The notes: generated by a model not told the origin, from the sequence alone. Counted from the first letter of the stretch, positions 17,893 to 29,100 are shown. The stretch: 38,202 nt of DNA from Capsulimonadales bacterium (GCA_033762295.1 JANRLW010000023.1:1-38202), one strand, 5' to 3'. A program made the numbers and translations.

Positions 17893-20010
17893 ATGCGCCC
17901 TCTCTCCCTGCGTCCCGGTCCGCTGACCTGTCTGATGGCCCTGCTGGTGTTCCCGCTGCTGGTGACGCCCGGCGCCCTCTCGCAGATCCGTCCGGCAAAG
18001 CGAGCCGATCTCCGGACGCCTCTCCGGTCGAACCTTGCGTTCTCCGATCTGACCGGGCGGGAACATCGTCTCGTTTCGACGCCGGGCGGACCGTCCGTCT
18101 TCTTCTTCCTCTCGATCGAATGCCCGATCGCCAACCGGTACACGTCGCGCATTCTGGCCATGGAACGCGCCTTCAAACCGCTGGGCATCCGTTTCTTCGC
18201 TGTCTATCCGAACGAGAACGAAAGCGCGGAGGAGATACGCCAGCATGCCGCCGACTGGGGACTGACCTGTCCGGTGATCCGGGACGACGGGCGATTGGTC
18301 CGGCATTTCGGCGTCACCATGACCCCGGAGGCGGCGATAACCAGCCCGGTCGGCGCGACCGTTTACGTGGGCCGTATCGATGATAACGCGGATAGCGAGA
18401 AGGTGCGTTCGCGGGACCTGGCGAAGGCGGTGCTGGCGGCCTACCGCGATCTCCCCGTGCCGCGCACCCGTACCCGACCCTTCGGCTGCCCGATCCGGTT
18501 TCTGCCGAGAGAGCAGGAACTCCGGGAGGCGAAGGCGAAACCGGCGCATCCTCCCGCCACTGTGATCCCGTCGGCGGAGGTCGCAAAGGCGACCCCTGCG
18601 CCCGACGACCGTCCGCCGGCGTCGCCGGTCGGAACGAACCTGACGACGATGACCGGAACGGAGGCCGATCGCGGCGCTCCGGAACGTCCCGCCGCCGACC
18701 TGACCGATATCGTCCGCCGGACCGCGATTGCCGCGACCGGAACCGCTCCGCTCGATGCGGTGTCGGAACCGGCCCGCCCCGCCGTCGCCCGAACCTCCGT
18801 CACCTATACGCGCGACGTCGCGCCGATCCTTTTCCAACGCTGCCTGCCGTGCCATCGGACCGGGGAGGTCGCGCCGTTCCGGATCGATACCTACGAACAG
18901 GCCGTCGCCTGGGCCGGACAGATCCGCGAGGCGACCGCCGCCCGAAGGATGCCCCCCTGGAAAGCCGATTCGCGCGGACAGTTCCACGACGAGATGCGTC
19001 TGACCAATCGGGAGATCGCCATCCTTTCCTCCTGGGCGAACGGAGGAACGCCCTATGGCCGGAAGACCGAGATGCCTCTGCTGCCCTCCTTTCCCGCCGG
19101 ATGGAGGATCGGCGATCCGGATGCCATTCTCGCCATGCCCGAGGAATACGAGGTGCCGGCGGACGGACGTGACCTCTACCGCTGTTTCGTGATCCCGACC
19201 CGCTTCAGCGAGGACCGCTGGGTCTCGGGAATCGAATACGTTCCGGGGAATCGGACCGCCGTTCACCATGTCTCCGCCTGGGTCGACACGTCGGGAAAGG
19301 CGCGTCAACTCGATGACGCCGCGCCCGGTCCCGGTTACACCAACCCGACCCCGGCGAACGGACCGGGCTTCTCGCCGGTGGCCGCGCCGCTCGGCGGTTG
19401 GGTGCCCGGTCACTACCCGCGCAAATTGCCGGCCGGCGTCGGGATCTTCCTGCCGAAAGGCGCGGACATCGTCCTGGAAGTGCATTACCATCCCTCCGGA
19501 CGACCGGAGAAGGACCGCACCCGGTTCGGTCTCCATTTCTCACGGGACGAGGTGACGAAACGGTTGTATGTGGGCGATGTCACCAACCCGAACTTCCGGA
19601 TTCCGCCCGGCGCGGAACGGTACCCGGTGGAGGCGTACACCTTCCTGCCCGACGATATCACCCTCCTGTCGATCTCCCCGCATATGCACTACGTCGGCCG
19701 GTCGATGAAGGTGACGGCGACGCTGCCTTCCGGGGTGACGCAGGTGCTGGTGGACGTGCCGGACTGGGACTTCCGGTGGCAGCCGTCCTACCGGTTCAAA
19801 CAACCCCTGCGACTGCCGCGCCGTACCCGGATCGATATGATCGCCCACTTTGACAACTCGGAAAAGAATCCGAACAACCCGAACCGGCCGCCCCGCGAGA
19901 TGCGCTACGGCGAGCAGACGACCGACGAGATGTGTACGGTCTTCATGGCCTACACGCTGGATCGGGAAGACGTTCGAACCGAGACCGCCCCTCAGGGAGG
20001 GGGGAAGTAA
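17893..20010 (+). CDS. Redoxin - cytochrome c - copper type II (PHM/DBM-like) monooxygenase fusion
   Basis: Signal peptide; redoxin segment SIECPIANRY...TPEA...YVGRIDD...GCPI; Pro/Ala/Thr linker; heme motif CLPCH with distal MPPW; Cu ligands AVHHV, EVHYH, PHMH, DEMC. Confidence 0.85.
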   Translation: MRPLSLRPGPLTCLMALLVFPLLVTPGALSQIRPAKRADLRTPLRSNLAFSDLTGREHRLVSTPGGPSVFFFLSIECPIANRYTSRILAMERAFKPLGIRFFAVYPNENESAEEIRQHAADWGLTCPVIRDDGRLVRHFGVTMTPEAAITSPVGATVYVGRIDDNADSEKVRSRDLAKAVLAAYRDLPVPRTRTRPFGCPIRFLPREQELREAKAKPAHPPATVIPSAEVAKATPAPDDRPPASPVGTNLTTMTGTEADRGAPERPAADLTDIVRRTAIAATGTAPLDAVSEPARPAVARTSVTYTRDVAPILFQRCLPCHRTGEVAPFRIDTYEQAVAWAGQIREATAARRMPPWKADSRGQFHDEMRLTNREIAILSSWANGGTPYGRKTEMPLLPSFPAGWRIGDPDAILAMPEEYEVPADGRDLYRCFVIPTRFSEDRWVSGIEYVPGNRTAVHHVSAWVDTSGKARQLDDAAPGPGYTNPTPANGPGFSPVAAPLGGWVPGHYPRKLPAGVGIFLPKGADIVLEVHYHPSGRPEKDRTRFGLHFSRDEVTKRLYVGDVTNPNFRIPPGAERYPVEAYTFLPDDITLLSISPHMHYVGRSMKVTATLPSGVTQVLVDVPDWDFRWQPSYRFKQPLRLPRRTRIDMIAHFDNSEKNPNNPNRPPREMRYGEQTTDEMCTVFMAYTLDREDVRTETAPQGGGK

Positions 20011-20048
20011 CCCGCTCCCTCCCCGTTCGGCTTTCTCATCGGAGGCGA

Positions 20049-21275
20049 CTACAGCGCGCCGTTCCCCCAGTCGCCGCGCTTCCCGCCGCGTCGAAACCCG
20101 TTCCGCTCGCGAATCCATCCGCCGTCCTGCGTGGTGTCGGTGACTTTAACGCGGATCGCGGTCAGGGTATTGGTCGCCGAGTCGTAGGTTCCCTCGACCA
20201 GGGCGTTCGGAGTGGACGCCAGGGCGGCGAAGAACTCCGTCCGGGTGAGCGTTGCGCCGGTGTCACCGCGGAAGAGAGTATCGCCCGTCGTCACGACGCG
20301 GACCGTCGTTTCGGTCGGAACCATGCAGAGCGAGGTGGCGGGAGTGAGCGTGAACGTTCCGGCGGTGGCCTCGAGATCGCTGGCGGTTCCGAACAGGCGG
20401 GGTTTCCGAAGGTCGATGGCGGTGTCCCGCACTTCGATCTCGGTCGCCACCAGCGTCTGGGAGGTCGTGTCCAGGGTGCCGCGCACCTCGACCACGGCGT
20501 TGTTCGCCAGTGTCGATCCGTAGAGGGCGGTCGCCGCGCTGGTTCGAACCGTCACCGTCGTGCCGTCACGCCGCGTCAGGGTGAAAGTCAGGTCCGGCGC
20601 GGTTCCGGTCAGGTCGCGGACCGTTCCCCGATAGTCGTTCTTGTTATGACGATCCGCCAGGGTCAACCCCGCCGCCGAGCCTTCCTTGAGGGCCGGAAGC
20701 ACCTTGCTGCCCCGAAGGATAAACCGGGCCAGGTCGAAGTCGATAATCAGGTTGGTCGTGCCGGTGCCGAGCGTTTTCGGCGAGGAGAACGTGACGCTCA
20801 GGACCGGACGCCCGGAGGCGTCCTTCGGCACCGAATCATCGACCGCCAGCGGATCGCCCACGGCGGTCCCGTTGCGGAACAGCCGGAACGTCGGGCCGAC
20901 GGTGACGTTAACGCCGGAATAGACGCCGGACGGCACGGAGGAGCTGCCGAGGAAAACATACCGCTCGCCGGACGCGTCCCGCAGGGTCTTCAGGTCGATC
21001 GTCACCCCGTTCGGGTCATCGAAAACCACCACCGCCGCTCCGCCCGCCTCCGGCGTCAATTCGACATGGTAGAGGGTGGCCCATACATGCGCGAAATCCT
21101 CGCGGAAGCTGTCGGTCAGGAGGATGGTCGCCCGCCCGCCGGTCGCGGATGCGGCGTTGCCGGAGGACGAACCGCTGCATCCGGACAGCGCCAGCGCGCC
21201 CGCCGCCCCGAGGACGCCGAATGCCGTCGTCGCGCGAGCGGGCAGAAAGGGCAGAAAGTATCGGAGTCGTCTCAT
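20049..21275 (-). CDS. Lipoprotein with DUF4382-like and DUF5666-like domains
   Basis: Lipobox LALSG|C; ILLTDS...IDLKTL...VPSGVYSGV...LIIDFDL; two OB-like repeats ending VEVRGT / ALVEGT. Confidence 0.7.
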   Translation of the reverse strand: MRRLRYFLPFLPARATTAFGVLGAAGALALSGCSGSSSGNAASATGGRATILLTDSFREDFAHVWATLYHVELTPEAGGAAVVVFDDPNGVTIDLKTLRDASGERYVFLGSSSVPSGVYSGVNVTVGPTFRLFRNGTAVGDPLAVDDSVPKDASGRPVLSVTFSSPKTLGTGTTNLIIDFDLARFILRGSKVLPALKEGSAAGLTLADRHNKNDYRGTVRDLTGTAPDLTFTLTRRDGTTVTVRTSAATALYGSTLANNAVVEVRGTLDTTSQTLVATEIEVRDTAIDLRKPRLFGTASDLEATAGTFTLTPATSLCMVPTETTVRVVTTGDTLFRGDTGATLTRTEFFAALASTPNALVEGTYDSATNTLTAIRVKVTDTTQDGGWIRERNGFRRGGKRGDWGNGAL

Positions 21276-21499
21276 CGTCTGGGTACTCTTTTCTCGTTCG
21301 GCTGCCGGAACCGGGAGGACTGCCTCCGGGCAGGCGAACGTCGGGAAGGATCGGATCCGCCTTTTCGTCACGCGTCAGCGGGTTCCATTTCTCGACCGGA
21401 TGAGACCGGTCGAGAACCTAACGGCCAATCGCATGGTTCCTATGACCGGCAGTATACGCTCGAATCCTGAAGGAGAAATGAAGAGACGCCGTTGCCGCG

Positions 21500-23737
21500 T
21501 TACTTTTCTTTGGGAGAGGCGAGCAACGGATCGATCGTTTCCAGAAACCGGACGACATCCAGCGGTTTGGTCAGGTAGGCGCGCGCTCCCTGGGCCAGCA
21601 GACGCTCGATGCGGCCCGGAAGGGCGTCCGCGCTGACAATCACGACCGGGATATCCCGAACGGTTTCGCTGCGTTGTAGGTGCGCGAGCGTCTCCTCGCC
21701 CGAGATGTCCGGCAGATGCAGGTCGAGCAGGATCAGGTCGGGCCGATGGCGTTCGGCAAGTTCGAGTCCGAGAAGACCCTGACGGGCCTCCAGCAGACGG
21801 ACATTCGGCCGCATCTCGAAGATCGCCTCCAGCAGGGTCAGATTCGACGCCTGATCCTCAATGCAGAGGACCGTGTGCCGTGAGGACGAAGCGTCGGGAA
21901 CCACGTCCGCCGTCGTTTCCGATCGAACATTTCCCCTGCGGTCGCCGGACACGGTCTCCGAGGTATCCCCCGTATCGCCGGTATCCCCCGTATTGAGCCT
22001 ATCGACCATGCGGGGCAGTTCCGCGATGAAAACACTGCCGACTCCCACCGTGCTTTCGACCGTCATGCTTCCTCCCATGGCCGTGACCAGGCTGCGCGAC
22101 AGCGCCAGGCCCAGTCCGGTCCCTTCGATTTCCGTGCGGATGGCGTCAAGACGCTCAAACGGCGTGAACAGACGCGCCATCTGGCTTTCAGGGATACCGA
22201 TGCCCGTATCGCGCACCGCCACCCGGACCCGAGTTTCGTCGAGGGCTTCGGCAGCGACGGAGACCGCGCCGCCGTCCCGATTATATTTGACGGCATTGGA
22301 CAGCAGGTTGATCAGCACCTGCTTCAGGCGCTGTCGATCGGCCAGCACCCGGAGTTCCCGGTCCGCGAGGGCCGGTTCCACCCAGTAGATGTCTCGTTTC
22401 TCCGCCTGCGGGCGAACCATCTCCCAGGCTTCCGTAATCAGGGGGAGCAGGACGATCGGTTCCGTCGCCAGCCCGATCCGACCGGCGTCCACCCGCGAGA
22501 TATCCAGGATCTCATTAATCAGGTCCAGCAGATGCCGTCCGCCGGACAGGATGTAATCGACGCTTTCCTGTTGCAGCGGGGTGAGCGTCTGTCTTTGGAG
22601 GATCTGACCGAACCCCAGAATGGCGTTCAGGGGCGTTCGCAGTTCGTGGCTCATCCGCGAGAGAAATTCGCTCTTCGCCTGGTTGGCCGTTTCTGCCTCC
22701 GCCCGCGCGACTTCTGCCTCCGCCCGCGCGACCTCCGCCTGGCGGGACGCTTCGGCCAACTCCCGGGTTCTTCGGGCGACCCGCTCCTCCAGTTCGTCAT
22801 GCGCCGCCTGCAGCGCGTCCTCCGCCAGCTTACGCTCGGTGATATCGGTAACGACGCCGACGAGATGCCAGCGACCCGTTGGCGCATCGCCGCTTTCCGT
22901 CTCGGGCGGCAGCGCCTCGATCCGAACGTCCTCAAACAGGTGACGCCAGGTGCCGTCCTCCATGCGGATACGGAACGTCTGCGAGTAGCGGCGTTTTCCT
23001 TCCAGAAGCGCGGTACGGGCGGTTTGCCCCGCCGCGATCTCATCGTCCGGATGTCGCGCCTGTTGCAACGCCAGACCGACGGAGATTCCCCGTTCCCGCT
23101 TCAGCGGCAGCCAGGACGGAACGTCCTCCTCCGCCCGGTTGATGACCGTTAACTCCCAGTGCAGTTCGGTACCACGTTCGTCATCGAACCGCATACGGCA
23201 TACGCCGTCCGGCCGGACCTCCGATACGTCGGCTTCCCACAGCAGACAGTTCGCCTGACCCATCGCATGCCGCAGACGGGCGCGCGCGGCCTCGCGATCC
23301 AGTTCGGCCAGTTTCCGGACGGTGATATCCTCATGGGAGACGAGAATGCGGGCCGGCTCCGCGCCTTCGAACCGGGTAATCCGCAGGAAGAACCACCGCG
23401 GGACGTTCGTCGGACAGGGGTATTCGTACAGAAATTCCGGGATCCGTCCGTGGATGGTGTCGCGCAGTCCCTGCGCCACCGTTCGGCCCCCGACCGTGTC
23501 GGCTCCGGTCGAGGCTTCACAGGCGTCCAGGTAGTTCGCGCCGATCCCGCAGGTCCGTGGGTCGCCCCCGTACTCCCGCATAAACTGTTTCCATGCCCGG
23601 TTGACGGCCAGGATGCGCCCTTGCTCGTCCAGGATCGCGACGTGCGCCGGCAACGCGTCCAGAGTCGCCTGAAGGACGCGGGTGTCCTGCGGGTTCTGCG
23701 CGTCGGTCTCATGCGGCCGGAGAGTCGTTTTATTCAT
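21500..23737 (-). CDS. PAS-domain hybrid sensor histidine kinase with receiver domain
   Basis: Two PAS/PAC regions; H-box MSHELRTPLNAILGF; NLLSNAVKY; DTGIGI; GTGLGL; receiver LILLDLHLPD and YLTKP. Start may instead be the TTG at 23761. Confidence 0.92.
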   Translation of the reverse strand: MNKTTLRPHETDAQNPQDTRVLQATLDALPAHVAILDEQGRILAVNRAWKQFMREYGGDPRTCGIGANYLDACEASTGADTVGGRTVAQGLRDTIHGRIPEFLYEYPCPTNVPRWFFLRITRFEGAEPARILVSHEDITVRKLAELDREAARARLRHAMGQANCLLWEADVSEVRPDGVCRMRFDDERGTELHWELTVINRAEEDVPSWLPLKRERGISVGLALQQARHPDDEIAAGQTARTALLEGKRRYSQTFRIRMEDGTWRHLFEDVRIEALPPETESGDAPTGRWHLVGVVTDITERKLAEDALQAAHDELEERVARRTRELAEASRQAEVARAEAEVARAEAETANQAKSEFLSRMSHELRTPLNAILGFGQILQRQTLTPLQQESVDYILSGGRHLLDLINEILDISRVDAGRIGLATEPIVLLPLITEAWEMVRPQAEKRDIYWVEPALADRELRVLADRQRLKQVLINLLSNAVKYNRDGGAVSVAAEALDETRVRVAVRDTGIGIPESQMARLFTPFERLDAIRTEIEGTGLGLALSRSLVTAMGGSMTVESTVGVGSVFIAELPRMVDRLNTGDTGDTGDTSETVSGDRRGNVRSETTADVVPDASSSRHTVLCIEDQASNLTLLEAIFEMRPNVRLLEARQGLLGLELAERHRPDLILLDLHLPDISGEETLAHLQRSETVRDIPVVIVSADALPGRIERLLAQGARAYLTKPLDVVRFLETIDPLLASPKEK

Positions 23738-24007
23738 ACCGTATCTGTCCGAATCCCTCACAATCCGGGGCCGGTCGGTACGACGACCTTCGGACGGCTC
23801 CCGGCCTTTCTTCGATGTCCTCTTCAGTGTGCGTAGAAACCATTAAGGCACCATTAAATTTGGCGAGGAAAGAGGTGGAATACCCCGGAATAACGATAAT
23901 TTTGTCTGTTAAATTGGTTGTTCACATTATGTTTATGATACGCGCACGATAGTCATGTATTCTGGCAGAGTCAACTCCGGTCGAAACGATTACAGGGAAG
24001 GGTCACC

Positions 24008-26035
24008 ATGAACCGACAACTTATCGTATCCGCACTGCCTCTGCTGGCGCTGTCCGCGGCTGTCGCCGCCCCGCTGCCCGGTCATCAACCGACGGTCCTC
24101 CGGAACTCGGACGACACCGACGTCGCTCCGGTCACGGAATCCCGTTTGCTGGCAATCCGTCTACCTGAGGGTGCCTTGCGCTTTCGATCCGCCGCTTCCG
24201 CCGACAAGATCGCCGAACCGCTGAAAGCGATCTCCCGCGCCGGCGGGTTCGAATATGAGACCGCCTCCACCGAAGGATTGATCTGGACGGGGAAAGCTTA
24301 TTCGCGGGGTCGGGCCAAAACCATTCAGGAGACTCTGGTTGCCAGCGTCAAGCGGGCCGGAATGAACTATGTCGTGGCCGGCGAACAGGAGACGCCCGAC
24401 GGACACGTCACTATTTTCATGGTCGGGACGCAGGGAGCGAAGAAAGGAACCCTGGGCCTGTGGCTGGTCCGCGAGGATGCGCTCGTCCTTGGCTGGGGTT
24501 CCTGCCGCCCCAAAGCGGGGGGCGACTCCCCGGCGAAATCCGATCCCCCCGGCCCGGGGGTGGCGAAAGCCAAAACCTCCCCCGCCGCGACCACGGCATT
24601 GTTCAAAGCGATCGACTCCGGCACCGCCGAAGACGTTCGGCAGGCTCTGGCGCAGGGAGGCGATCCGAACGGCCTCGACCCGAACGGCCTGCCGTTCGTC
24701 CTGATTACGGTATCACGGATCAATGTGAGCGAGGCGAAAGAGAAGCTGATCGCGCTTCTCGATGCCGGTGGCGACCCGAACCGCGGCAAAGAGAGCTTCC
24801 TTCCTTTACATACCGGGGCGCTGGCGCGCAAGATCGATCTGATGGAAGTGCTGGTCGACCGGGGAGCCGATGTCAACCTGCGGAGTGGTTCCGGTACGAC
24901 CCCGCTTCACTGCGCCGTCATCGCCGATAGCGTGGAAGTCGCTCATTTCCTGCTGAAGCGGGGCGCGGACCCATCGAAGACCGATCGATCCGGCAAGACC
25001 CCGCTGCAAATGGCGGAAAAGTCAAAGGCGACGGCGGTCGCCGCCGTACTGCGCGACGCGGAGGCCCAACCGCCGCCCCGTGCGGAACCCGAACCGGTGA
25101 GCGCACCGGATGCCGGGACAGAAATGCCCGCCGAAACGGCCGCGCCCGCGCCCGACGCTCCGGCCGGACAGGGTATCTCGCTGACCATCGGGCCGACCAT
25201 CGGGACCGTCGATGTGATGAAGGGCGTCAAACCACAGGTGCCGACCTTCCCGCGTCTTTCGCCCAAACCCCGGTTCGTCCGTGGGTATGTCTACGATCGG
25301 AACGGTCGGCCGGTTGTCGGCGCCAGGATCGGTGTCCGCGCGACCGGGGTAGGCGGCTTTTATTCGGGCGTCACCGCAAAGTCCGATGCGCGTGGCTATT
25401 ATGAAGCCGAGGTACCGTGGGGAGCGGCTCATTTCTATGTCGCCGGCTATGCGGTCGACTACGGCGATGGACGGGCGGCGGTCAGCCTCAAACCGTCCGA
25501 TGGCGAAGCCGATCAGTTCGCCACCGCCAACGGACACGTGGAAAACTGGGTGCTCTCCGCGTTCGGGGTCGCCGATCGGGACGGGATTCAGGATAACCCG
25601 CACCTCGGTAGTAACTACTTCGGCGGCTGTATCGTTCTGAGCTACTACACCGCCGACGGTTCCGTCCTTTCCGACCCGAAGGGCCTGCCGGTCGGCGGGG
25701 AGATCGAGTTGACGCTGACGCCGGATGGGCCGCTGATCGACGGATCGCGCGGAAAGACCATCACCTTACGGAAAAAGATCGGGCCGAACAGTCTGGGACA
25801 GGTCTATATCAACAATATCCCGGCCGGCCCGTACACCCTGGCGGCGAAACTCGGCGGGCGGTCGCTGAAGATGAAGGAGGTCGGTCCCTATGCCGGCCGG
25901 TCTTTCGGACTCGATCCGAAAGAGGGGGAGGGCACCGTCCGTCTCCTGTTCCGGCCGTCCTCCGCGAAAGCGGACATGACCACCGCCAGCCACGGCAGCT
26001 GGGATCAGGTCTCGGTACAGGTAATGCTCCCTTAA
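24008..26035 (+). CDS. Secreted ankyrin-repeat protein with carboxypeptidase-regulatory-like C-terminal domain
   Basis: Signal peptide; ankyrin repeats (LPLHTGA, GADVN, GTTPLHCAV, GKTPLQMA); VRGYVYDRNGRPVVGARI...SDARGYY. Confidence 0.8.
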   Translation: MNRQLIVSALPLLALSAAVAAPLPGHQPTVLRNSDDTDVAPVTESRLLAIRLPEGALRFRSAASADKIAEPLKAISRAGGFEYETASTEGLIWTGKAYSRGRAKTIQETLVASVKRAGMNYVVAGEQETPDGHVTIFMVGTQGAKKGTLGLWLVREDALVLGWGSCRPKAGGDSPAKSDPPGPGVAKAKTSPAATTALFKAIDSGTAEDVRQALAQGGDPNGLDPNGLPFVLITVSRINVSEAKEKLIALLDAGGDPNRGKESFLPLHTGALARKIDLMEVLVDRGADVNLRSGSGTTPLHCAVIADSVEVAHFLLKRGADPSKTDRSGKTPLQMAEKSKATAVAAVLRDAEAQPPPRAEPEPVSAPDAGTEMPAETAAPAPDAPAGQGISLTIGPTIGTVDVMKGVKPQVPTFPRLSPKPRFVRGYVYDRNGRPVVGARIGVRATGVGGFYSGVTAKSDARGYYEAEVPWGAAHFYVAGYAVDYGDGRAAVSLKPSDGEADQFATANGHVENWVLSAFGVADRDGIQDNPHLGSNYFGGCIVLSYYTADGSVLSDPKGLPVGGEIELTLTPDGPLIDGSRGKTITLRKKIGPNSLGQVYINNIPAGPYTLAAKLGGRSLKMKEVGPYAGRSFGLDPKEGEGTVRLLFRPSSAKADMTTASHGSWDQVSVQVMLP

Positions 26036-26115
26036 ACGCCCGACGCCTCTCCGTCCCAAAGGCCGGAGAGGCATGTTCCGGCCTTGTTCCGGTCTATCCT
26101 GTACAATGGTGCGGA

Positions 26116-29100
26116 ATGGGAGCCGCATCCTGGTACATCCAAATGCTCGGAGGCTTACGCGTTTCCGACGGAACCACCGTGATCGAACGGTTCCGTTCGG
26201 CGAAGTTCGGCGCGTTGCTGGCCTATCTTGCCCTGAATCCCGATCGCCTTCATACCCGTGAGGAACTGGCCGATCTGCTCTGGCCCGAGGCGGACCCCCT
26301 GACCGCGCGCGCCAATCTGCGGACCGGACTCGCCTCGTTGCGCCGCCAGCTGGAACCGCCGGGTACGCTCGAAGGAACGACGCTCGTCTCCGTGGGACGG
26401 GACCGGCTTCGAATTGGCTCGGACGTTTCCACCGATGTCGCCGCCTTCGAGCGGGCGGTCGACGCCGCCCGACGCGCCGCCGAAACGACCGAACGGGTCC
26501 GTCACCGGGAACGAGCGGTCGATCTCTACCCGGGACCGCTGCTTCCCGGCATTTACGAGACCTGGGCGCTCAACGAACGGGAACGGCTGGAGAGCCTTTA
26601 CCGGGATACCCTGACCGACCTGGCGGACCACTGGGACCGGGAGGGGGAGATCGGGCAGGCGCTGGATTACGCCCGTCGCGCGGTCGCTCGCGATCCGCTC
26701 TCGGAGCCGTTGCACGGACGGATCCTTCGACTCCTGATGCGAAGCGGTCAGCACGGAGCGGCACGGCGGCAGTTCGCCGAACTGGAACATACGCTAAACG
26801 AACAACTGGGGACGCGCCCCTCGCCGCAAATCGCAGCGCTCCTGACCGTTGCGCCCGCTTCTTCCGCTTCTTCCGTTTCGCCCGACTCGCCACCTCACGC
26901 CGTCGTCCCTGTCGTGCTCGCAGCGGCCCCCATCGCTCCCGTGAACCCCGCTCTTGTCGAACCCGCCGCGCTTCCGACCGTGAATTCCCAGTTTTTCGGA
27001 CGTGAGGAGGAACTGGCCGCGCTGTCGGAACGGCTGAACGATCCGCTCGTTCGCCTCATCACCATCACAGGAACGGGCGGGGGAGGGAAAACCCGACTGG
27101 CGATCGAGGCCGGACGGTGGGCGGCCAGCATCTGGCGCGTGCGCTTCCTCTCCCTGATCGAAGTCTCCGATCCGGGCGAACTGGTAAGCCGTCTTGCCGA
27201 CGCGCTTCAGGTTCCTCGATCGTCCGACGCCGATCTGCTGACGGACGTCGCGAACGCGTTGCGCACCGGGAAGCCGACGCTGCTTGTACTGGACAATTTT
27301 GAATCGCTGCTGGTGGCGGACGCCGCCGAGGCGGCCGCGGAGACGATCCGGGGCCTGCTGGAGGCCGTTCCCGCACTGAAAGTTCTCATCACCTCCCGTC
27401 AGCGACTGCTGATCGAAGAGGAACACGAATTTCCCCTGCTGCCGCTGGAGACGCCAACCCTGCCGGGGTCCCCGACGCGCCTGCTCGAATTCGCCGCCGT
27501 TCGGCTGTTCCAGCATCGAGCGCAGCAGGTCCGTCCGGACTTCCGGCTGAACACATCCAACGCCCGCACCGTCGCCGCCCTCTGCAACCGGCTGGAAGGC
27601 ATTCCGCTGGCGATCGAACTGGCCGCCGGCTGGGCGGAGACGCTGACACCGCAACAGATGCTGGAACGACTGGAAAGACGGTTCGATCTGCTGGTCTCCC
27701 GTCGGCGTCATCTGGCTCCGAGACATCGCGCCCTCCGAACGGTGATCGAATCCGCCTGGCAATATCTTTCCGAGGACCAGCAGCGATTTTTCGCGCGCCT
27801 TTCGATCTTCCATGGGGGGTGGACCGCGGAGGCGGCGGAAGCGGTCACCGGCGATTCGCAGGCGGTTTTCCGGTTGGCGGAACTGCAGGACCGTTCCCTC
27901 GTCACTCTGAGCGGAGGCGACGAACCCCGGTTCCATCTGCTCGAAACCCTGCGTGAGTTCGCCGCCGAACGGACGGACGCCGCCGAACGGGCGGAAATCC
28001 GGGGACGGCACGCCCGGTTCTTTCTCCGTCTCGCCGAGGCTCCGGAAAACGACCTGCGCGGACCCGACCAATCTGCGGCGCTGAAACGGCTGGGGCATGA
28101 GGAAGCGAACCTGCGGGCGGCGTTGCGCCGGGCCGGAGAAGAAGGCACGGACACGGAGACGGCGCTGCGCCTGACAGCCGTCTTCTGGCGGTATCGGATG
28201 TTGCGCGCACAGTTTTCCGAGGGACGTCAGGAAATCGAACAGGTCCTGATCCGACTCTTCCCCGACGGAAACGCTCCCGACGGTCCGTCGACGGTCGGGC
28301 CGTACGCCCATACGCTCCACGGAGAAGGCTGCCTGGCGCGGCTGCAGGGCGACCTGAAGACGGCACGGCGACGAATCGAATCGGCGTTGTTACTGTTTCG
28401 GTCGCAGGCAGACCGAAAAGCGGTCGCCATGTGCCTGCAAAATCTGGCGATCGTGATGCAGGATGGCGGAGAGTACGAAGCGGCACGTCAGGGATACCTC
28501 GAAGCGCTGGCTCTGCGCCGGGAACTGGGCGATGAGGACGGAGTCGCCAACGCTCTGAACAGCCTCGGCGTCCTCGCCTTCGAACTGGGCGACCTCGCCG
28601 ACGCCCGCGGATATCTGGAGGAGAGCATCGCTCTCCGCGTCCGAAAAGGGCAATCGCCGCGCGCCCCGCAATGGATCAATCTCGCGGAGACCGCTCGTCA
28701 TCTCGGCGACCGGGAGACCGCCCGCGCCGGGTATGAGGAGGCGATTGCTCTATCACGTCAAAACGAGAACCGGCAGACGCTGGCGACCGCGCTGGCCGGT
28801 CTGGCGATCGTGAAGACCATGGACGGAGACCCGCCGGAAACGTGCCGGCTTTTTTCGGAGGCGGTACGGCTATTCCGGGAGGTAGGCGATGAGGGGTCGC
28901 TGGCGCAGGCGCTGGAGTATGTCGGTATCTGCCTGTTCGAAGCGAAAGACCTGCCCCGGACACGGGCGATTGTCCGGCTCTGGGCCGCCGCGTCGGCGAT
29001 GCGCGAGCGGATCGGCATTCCCGTTCCGCCGATCGAGCGGCCGGCGTACGAACGCGCCCTGTCGGACGCCCGGCGGGCGCTCCCTGCCGAGTTCGATGAT

